DNA of 20,000 nucleotides from an uncultured virus (IMG/VR IMGVR_UViG_3300006217_000024). Taxonomy: Duplodnaviria > Heunggongvirae > Uroviricota > Caudoviricetes. A program made the translations under genes and the position numbers. Positions 14,411-20,000 of the stretch are shown in pieces. The stretch lies in IMG/VR virus record IMGVR_UViG_3300006217_000024; one strand, written 5' to 3'. The notes under the pieces were generated by a model. The model worked only from the letters and a program-made list of their open reading frames with translations, was not told the origin of the DNA and searched no databases. The stretch's first letter is position 1; every line of letters begins with the position of its first letter.

Positions 14411-15625
14411 ATGCAGATAGAACGCGTCAGGATCGAAGATGTGTATCCCGTCGAGGACGAATACGGAAATCAATACCTCTCTCGCGATTACTCGCTCAAA
14501 GAGAATCAGCGATACATCGAAGAACTTGCTGCATCTTTCGACCAGAAGACAGGAGAACCGAACGAGCCTCCCGTACTGGTGAGGGATGGAGGCATCTACC
14601 GCATCAAAGCAGGCAACACACGCATCATGGCCATGCGCTCATTGGGAACCGATTCGTTCATGGCAATCATAGACGACAAGGACACTCCCCAATCACTGAT
14701 AGAAGCAGCCATCCGCACGGACACCAAGAAAGCCTATGAACCTATTGAGAGGTCCCGTTTCGAGCAGCAGCTATACCTGTTCGGAACAGACGAATACGTA
14801 TCTGAGACCACAGGGCGCACGGTAGAGGAAGTACGCAAGGTGCGCCGTACGATCGAGCGTATTGAAGATGCGGCAGAGGACATGACCATCGACCGCATGA
14901 TAGCCCTCGTGGAGTTCGAAGACGATCAGGATGCCTACATGGAGATTGTAAACGCCAAGGAGGGTGAGTGGCAGAAGGTCGCCAGTGACATCCGCATCAG
15001 CAGGGAACACATAAAGCGCAGGATGGCGCTCAAGGAAGCTCTTGATGAGCGCGGGATCAAGATAGTCGATGAGACCCCTGATGGCTATATCTTCCATATG
15101 TACACCAACAGCGCCGAAGGTCTACCAGAAGACCTGCCAGAGCAGGCGGTGTTCAGTCTTAACTACGCTGTTGACGGCATTCCGGATAACGGCTTCCTCT
15201 ACGTCCCCGCATCAGAGGATGTAAATCCCGAAGAAGAGGAGAAGCGGGCCCAAGATGCCGTACTCGAAGAAGAGTACGAGAAGACGTACGCAAGCCGCCT
15301 CGCATGGTTCCTGGAGCACATAGAGGAGGACATGCCAGCACTGTGCGACGGTATACAAGACCCCTTGAATGCGTACAGCTACGAGATCAGAGCCTTCATG
15401 GGTGAAAACAACATACCTGCCCCTCTTGGAATAGAGCATCGCATCTATTCCTTCATTGCGATGAGGAAACCCTGGAACTTCGAGCATGAGTTCGAAGGGT
15501 CACGCGCGTGTGGCTTCATCGACATTACCAACGCCCTGAGATCCTGTGGGTACGAACCCTGCGAAGAGGAGCTGAACCTCTACGCCCGAGCAGAAGCAGC
15601 CCTAGAAGAATGTGAGGAACGATGA
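14411..15625 (+). CDS. ParB/Srx N-terminal domain protein
   Basis: 'IEELAASF...PPVLVRDGGIYRIKAGNTRIMAMRSLG' variant of the ParB GxxR motif. Confidence 0.75.
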   Translation: MQIERVRIEDVYPVEDEYGNQYLSRDYSLKENQRYIEELAASFDQKTGEPNEPPVLVRDGGIYRIKAGNTRIMAMRSLGTDSFMAIIDDKDTPQSLIEAAIRTDTKKAYEPIERSRFEQQLYLFGTDEYVSETTGRTVEEVRKVRRTIERIEDAAEDMTIDRMIALVEFEDDQDAYMEIVNAKEGEWQKVASDIRISREHIKRRMALKEALDERGIKIVDETPDGYIFHMYTNSAEGLPEDLPEQAVFSLNYAVDGIPDNGFLYVPASEDVNPEEEEKRAQDAVLEEEYEKTYASRLAWFLEHIEEDMPALCDGIQDPLNAYSYEIRAFMGENNIPAPLGIEHRIYSFIAMRKPWNFEHEFEGSRACGFIDITNALRSCGYEPCEEELNLYARAEAALEECEER

Positions 15626-16554
15626 GCGATACACCTGTTTTCGAAGAGGTAGAAGCTGAGATCATAGAACCCGAAAAGGAGCTGCAAGTAAACTATGCTC
15701 CCGCGGTGATCAGCGATAACCTCACCGCCCTTGATTCGTATGTCGAATCAAAGATAGCGCCCTATGTGGGCGTGCAGATAGACCCCGAAGATGAGAATTC
15801 CATCAAGACCGGACGTGCCGTCATGGCTGAGTTGAACAAGCTGAAAGCCCCCATCGAAGAGGAGCGCAAGCGCATCAAGAGGGCTTACGAGGAACCCTTC
15901 AAGGCCTTCGAGGGGCGCGTCAAAGGTATAACCAGCAAGATCGACAAAGCCAGGGCCGATATCAAAACACAGGTTGACGAAGCCGACGAGAAGTTCCGCC
16001 AGAATCGTCGCGATAATCTCAAGACCGAGTATGAGGGCTGTGCAGGTGCCATGGCTGATGTAGTGCCATTCGATGCGATCCTTGACGAAAAATGGCTCAA
16101 TCGCTCGACCGCCCTGACCAAAGCAACCAACCAGCTCTACGAGCGTACAGAGATGGCTTTGAAGGGTTACAACACCCTTCAATCAAAGCAGTTCAACCAC
16201 AAGGATGAGGTCATCAAGAGCTTCGCTCACACCCTAGACATCATCAGTGCTCTCGACCTCGAAGATAAGCTCAACGCACATGATAGGGAGATGGCTGAGT
16301 TCAAGGCGGCTCAGGAAGCCGCCCAGACGGTCAAAGAGGAGCGAACAGGACCAACCTCTGAACAGATCCCAGAACCTTTTACAGGCCCTGCTGTCATCGT
16401 TGGCGATAAGCAATCAGATGAATCCTACCAGTGGTCCCTGTCAATGGAGTTCGAGGGGTCCCGTGAGCTTGCCGAGCGCGTAGCAAGCGCCCTCAAGGCC
16501 CTGGGTATAACTGGTGCCTCCATCAAGTGCATGGGAGGTGTGAACATTGGCTAG
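15622..16554 (+). CDS. DUF1351-like coiled-coil phage protein
   Basis: 'AELNKLKAPIEEERKRIKRAYEEPFKAFE' and 'KWLNRS' patterns. Confidence 0.8.
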   Translation: MSDTPVFEEVEAEIIEPEKELQVNYAPAVISDNLTALDSYVESKIAPYVGVQIDPEDENSIKTGRAVMAELNKLKAPIEEERKRIKRAYEEPFKAFEGRVKGITSKIDKARADIKTQVDEADEKFRQNRRDNLKTEYEGCAGAMADVVPFDAILDEKWLNRSTALTKATNQLYERTEMALKGYNTLQSKQFNHKDEVIKSFAHTLDIISALDLEDKLNAHDREMAEFKAAQEAAQTVKEERTGPTSEQIPEPFTGPAVIVGDKQSDESYQWSLSMEFEGSRELAERVASALKALGITGASIKCMGGVNIG

Positions 16555-17491
16555 CGAGATCGTGCTCCATGAAGAGCGCCCCTTAGCTTCAGCGGGTGGC
16601 TATGACATGATCCCGGTAGAGCAGATCAAGCGCCAGACCGACCAGGTGAAGTCCCTCATGGCCTCGTGCATGAGCGAAGGCATACACTACGGGAAGATTC
16701 CCGGTTGCGGGGACAAGCCAACGCTGCTCCAACCCGGCGCCCAGAAGCTGACCATGATGTTCGGGCTTGCCGACACCTACGAGATCAGCCGCGAGGACCT
16801 GCCGAACGGCCACCGCGAATACACCGTGAAGTGCCTGCTGATGTCAAAGAACACGGGGCTTGTGCAAGGCTCGGGCGTCGGCCTGTGCTCTACGATGGAG
16901 AAAAAGTACCGATACCGCAACGTGTCGGATTACGAAGTTACCGACCAGCCCATTCCCCAGGACGCCCGCGAGCGCAAGCAGGAATACCGCAAGCAGGGCT
17001 ATGGGATGAAGAAGGTGGATGGGCAATGGTGCTGGGTCAAGTACATGGATTCGACCCAGCAGGAGAACCCGGATATCGCGGACACCTACAACACGGTGCT
17101 CAAGATGGCCTGCAAGCGCGCCCTCGTAGCCGCCGTGCTCAACACCCTAGCGGTCTCCGATCTCTTCACCCAGGACGTTGAGGATCTAGGCTCCTACGCC
17201 GTCACAGAAGCTCCTGCTCCCTCTCAAGCACCGGCTCCTGACCCACGCAAGACCCTTTGGAGCGAGGTGGGAAACCTCAAGCGCACAGCCATCTCTAACG
17301 GCATCCAGGAGGAGGACATCACAGCCTGGATGAATGCCTATATTATCTCAGACGACGGGAATCCCAAACCGCTCACAGAGTACACCGCGGAGGAGATCAC
17401 AGAGGTCAAGCACCACATAGCGGACCTTATAGCCACTAAGAGTTCAGAGGCATCTCAGCAAGAGCTGCTTCCTGAGGACGTGGTGTTCTGA
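16547..17491 (+). CDS. Conserved phage protein, putative single-strand annealing/recombination protein
   Basis: 'HYGKIPGCGDKPTLLQPGAQKL' and 'NTVLKMACKRALVAAVL'; sits between DUF1351 and the replication gene. Confidence 0.55.
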   Translation: MASEIVLHEERPLASAGGYDMIPVEQIKRQTDQVKSLMASCMSEGIHYGKIPGCGDKPTLLQPGAQKLTMMFGLADTYEISREDLPNGHREYTVKCLLMSKNTGLVQGSGVGLCSTMEKKYRYRNVSDYEVTDQPIPQDARERKQEYRKQGYGMKKVDGQWCWVKYMDSTQQENPDIADTYNTVLKMACKRALVAAVLNTLAVSDLFTQDVEDLGSYAVTEAPAPSQAPAPDPRKTLWSEVGNLKRTAISNGIQEEDITAWMNAYIISDDGNPKPLTEYTAEEITEVKHHIADLIATKSSEASQQELLPEDVVF

Positions 17492-18081
17492 TGGCTGGGG
17501 GATACACCTTCCATCAAAGCTATCACGAGGCTCTCAAAGCCCGTAGCCCGGAGGAGCGCCTGGCTCTCTACGATGCCATGAGCCTCTATGCCTTCGAGGC
17601 CACGGATACCGAGTTTGATGATCCTAACCTCGCCATGGCTTGGAGCCTTATCAAGCCGAACCTAGATGCTTCGCTCAAGCGGTCGAAGACCAATGCAGAT
17701 AACGCCCGTAAAAGGAGCGTTAAAGCCACATCTAAAACGACCGTACCAGCGACCGTTAAAACGGTGGCAAAACCGACCGCTAAAACGAGCGTTGAAACAC
17801 CTGTAGAAACGGTCGCTTTACCTGAATCATTAGGAGAGGAATGGAGTGGAGTAGAGAAGGAGAATCTTTCCCTTGGAAAGAAAGATTCTCCTTCTTCCCG
17901 GGCAGGAGACGGTGCGGCTGCGGCTAAGGCCGCACCGCCCCTGCCGAAAGGCTGGGAAGCGACGGGGTGCATCTGCACGCACTCGGGATGCCGTGAGAAT
18001 CAGCTCAGGGGCAGCAACGGTGAGCTATGGTGTCCGGCCTGTGACCGAGACGCACTCCGTGAGATGGGGGTGATCTCATGA
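17491..18081 (+). CDS. DUF6291-type replication initiator/replisome organiser
   Basis: N-terminus 'YTFHQSYHEALK...EERLALYDAMSLYAF'; repetitive central linker; C-terminal Cys cluster. Confidence 0.7.
   Translation: MAGGYTFHQSYHEALKARSPEERLALYDAMSLYAFEATDTEFDDPNLAMAWSLIKPNLDASLKRSKTNADNARKRSVKATSKTTVPATVKTVAKPTAKTSVETPVETVALPESLGEEWSGVEKENLSLGKKDSPSSRAGDGAAAAKAAPPLPKGWEATGCICTHSGCRENQLRGSNGELWCPACDRDALREMGVIS
17715..17820 (+). repeat. Degenerate 12-bp tandem repeats inside the replication gene (candidate origin iterons)
   Basis: Units such as ACCGTTAAAACG, ACCGCTAAAACG, AGCGTTGAAACA, CCTGTAGAAACG. Confidence 0.6.
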
Positions 18082-18557
18082 CCGATATCCACGCCCACCC
18101 CTACGGGCTATCCCATGAAGTTGCTGAACGCTACGGCAAGCCCCATTTCATGGCTCATTACCTCTCCGGCAATGCGACGGCGAAGAGCGTTGACCGCTAC
18201 ATGGTCGAGGAGGATGCCTTCTGCATCGTCTGCGGGAGGAGTGCCACCAACGCCCACCATGAGCCTCCCAAGGGCATCATGCGAACCTTCCCGATGGCCA
18301 CCGACCACGGCCTATGGCTTCTGCGTCCTTCCCTCCTCGCTGTATGCGGGACAGGGACTACAGGGTGCCACGGAAAGATCCACGCAAAGCTTTTGCGGAT
18401 CGAGTGGGTATGGGACGAGCCGGGTTTTGAAGATGCGTGGTGGAACGGCTCACTGCTGGAGTCGTCCGAACCGCATTCCCCGAGCCTCTACGAGGTTGGA
18501 TGCTGGCGCATCACCAGCGGCGGTGTGTTCATCAAGGAGGTACGGGGATGCAGCTGA
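18078..18557 (+). CDS. HNH-like nuclease domain protein
   Basis: 'CIVCG..ATNAHH...LLAVCG....GCHGKIH'. Confidence 0.65.
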   Translation: MTDIHAHPYGLSHEVAERYGKPHFMAHYLSGNATAKSVDRYMVEEDAFCIVCGRSATNAHHEPPKGIMRTFPMATDHGLWLLRPSLLAVCGTGTTGCHGKIHAKLLRIEWVWDEPGFEDAWWNGSLLESSEPHSPSLYEVGCWRITSGGVFIKEVRGCS

Positions 18558-18790
18558 TAAATGATCATTTCCAGAACTACAAGCGTTATCAGATCCCAAA
18601 GGCTCAACTGGTCATAGCTGACATCCCGTACAACGTGGGAAGCAAGGCATATGGGAGCAATCCGACTTGGTATGAGGGCGGAGACAGGCATAACGGCGAG
18701 AGCGAGAAAGCCCACTCCGCTTTCTTCGATACTGACGGGAACTTCCGCATTATGGAGTTTTCCACTTCTGCAATCGCCTCAAGCAGATAG
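18548..18790 (+). pseudogene. Truncated and frameshifted N6/N4 DNA methyltransferase
   Basis: 'NDHFQNYKRYQIPKAQLVIADIPYNVG' (motif IV); continuation 'HFCNRLK' lies in another frame and then stops; no FxGxG motif follows. Confidence 0.8.
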
Positions 18791-18808
18791 CGATCTAAAG
18801 GAGTCTAC

Positions 18809-19927
18809 ATGTCTGAATCAATATCAAGCAAGCTGAGAGAGTGGGCAAATACCAATGGGTCCATTTGTGGTGCAGAAGATGTCATTGATAGCCTGAGAAG
18901 ATACCTAAGCGTCTTACCTTGCCCGGAATGGTCGGATGACGTTAAGGCTATCGACCGCTATATAGCCGACCAGATAGAGGCCGAGCAGAAGGCCATCATA
19001 GAGGCTCAGAGCGGTGGTAGCTCTAACTTATGGAATCGCAGCCCTCATCACATCATGAGGACCTACGCCGAGGGCAAGGGCAAGCCCATGGAAGACGGCG
19101 AGTCCATCACGGAGTGGCTTAACCGGTACTACGTGCCGCTAGAAGATGCCTATCCATGGCCTAAGGACTCCGCAGGGAATCCGATCAAGATAGGCAAGAC
19201 CTACTGGGGAGCAGATGGGAAGGCATGGAACATCATGTCGCTCAAGCCTGGCATGAAATACGATGTTGTGGGCAAGTGCGGCGGCCGCGTGAATGACCAC
19301 CTCAAAGCCTTCTGGCTATCCCCTGAGCCTCCCGCGCCCAAGATCCTGACCGCCAACGGCGTGCCGATCGAAAAGGGCATGACGGTCTATGTGACCAAGG
19401 AGCATGCGCGGGACTGCGGACACAGGAGCAACATGGCGTGGCTTTGTCGGTACCGCTTCGGCGACCCCATCACCGTGTTACGAGCTTATCCTAGCGGCAG
19501 CGTGGCGCTTGACAGAGAGAAAGATATCTCATGCCCCGCCTCTTGGCTCACCACTGAACGGCCTGATTGCCAAGAGCGCATAGATGAGGATAAGGGCAAT
19601 ATCTCAAGTGTTTATTGGGGATGTCGGGTCATCGATTCCTGCTCAAATTGTCCGACAAGAATAGATGGCGAGAGACCGAGAGATCATTACGGTGTAAAAA
19701 ACTGCACCGTCGCCCAAGGCATGGACCTAGCCCGCCGTCAGGCTGAGCTGGATGCTCTCTTGGGAGACGGAACGGTCCATTGCAAGGATTGCGCGTCATC
19801 CCAAGAAGACGGCCACCTCTGCTACCGCTTCGCTCAGGGAGTCTATGACGAAGATGAGGGTGCGGATGTCATCACACCTGTGGAGGTCGAGCCTGAGGGT
19901 TCCTGCTCGTGGGGCAGGCGACGATGA
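18809..19927 (+). CDS. Large mosaic hypothetical phage protein with Cys-rich C-terminus
   Basis: 372-aa ORF; RBS AAAGGAG; two similar segments 'DSAGNPIKIGKTYW' and 'TANGVPIEKGMTVY'. Confidence 0.75.
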   Translation: MSESISSKLREWANTNGSICGAEDVIDSLRRYLSVLPCPEWSDDVKAIDRYIADQIEAEQKAIIEAQSGGSSNLWNRSPHHIMRTYAEGKGKPMEDGESITEWLNRYYVPLEDAYPWPKDSAGNPIKIGKTYWGADGKAWNIMSLKPGMKYDVVGKCGGRVNDHLKAFWLSPEPPAPKILTANGVPIEKGMTVYVTKEHARDCGHRSNMAWLCRYRFGDPITVLRAYPSGSVALDREKDISCPASWLTTERPDCQERIDEDKGNISSVYWGCRVIDSCSNCPTRIDGERPRDHYGVKNCTVAQGMDLARRQAELDALLGDGTVHCKDCASSQEDGHLCYRFAQGVYDEDEGADVITPVEVEPEGSCSWGRRR

Positions 19928-20000
19928 GCGCCCCCTGGAACGAGCCTGAGGCCCCGTATTGGTCTGAGGTCTATGCAGATGCCTACGTGGACCTGCTTAT
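19924..20000 (+). CDS. Start of the next hypothetical protein (truncated by window edge)
   Basis: ATGA overlap; frame open to the window end. Confidence 0.5.
   Translation, partial: MSAPWNEPEAPYWSEVYADAYVDLL

Larger units (their letters stand above)
1..20000. mobile_element. Temperate siphophage genome segment (tail - lysis - attP/int - immunity - early/replication), attP intact
   Basis: Canonical module order; phage genes on both sides of a tRNA 3' fragment next to the integrase; no host housekeeping genes. Confidence 0.95.

Overview
The whole window is one temperate siphophage genome segment with an intact attP, so it is probably the excised, circular or virion form. The host is probably a high-GC Gram-positive gut bacterium such as Coriobacteriia, inferred from gene style only. 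Gene order: tail genes; a tail-fibre shufflon; holin and amidase-SH3 endolysin; a leftward accessory operon; attP (3' part of tRNA-Ser(TGA)); integrase; two membrane morons; a CI/Cro switch; then early genes (KTSC, RusA-like, an overlapping XRE pair, ParB-like, DUF1351, putative annealing protein, DUF6291-type replication protein, HNH-like, truncated DNA methyltransferase). Two systems stand out. (1) A three-cassette invertible receptor-binding-protein locus. It has three 17-bp sites with core ATTCCCTAT, one start-less cassette missing from the ORF track, and a tyrosine invertase that seems to have lost its catalytic K/HxxR segment. (2) An operon with an inverted-repeat-flanked promoter at 4666-6523. 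It encodes a Zn-finger 'GSEKQIAWA' protein, a protein that looks by eye like a Cas11c (Cas8c C-terminus) domain fused to an HTH, and an R-STS-QxE ADP-ribosyltransferase, making it a candidate anti-CRISPR or anti-defence module. All family calls are by-eye motif recognition; no database searches were run.
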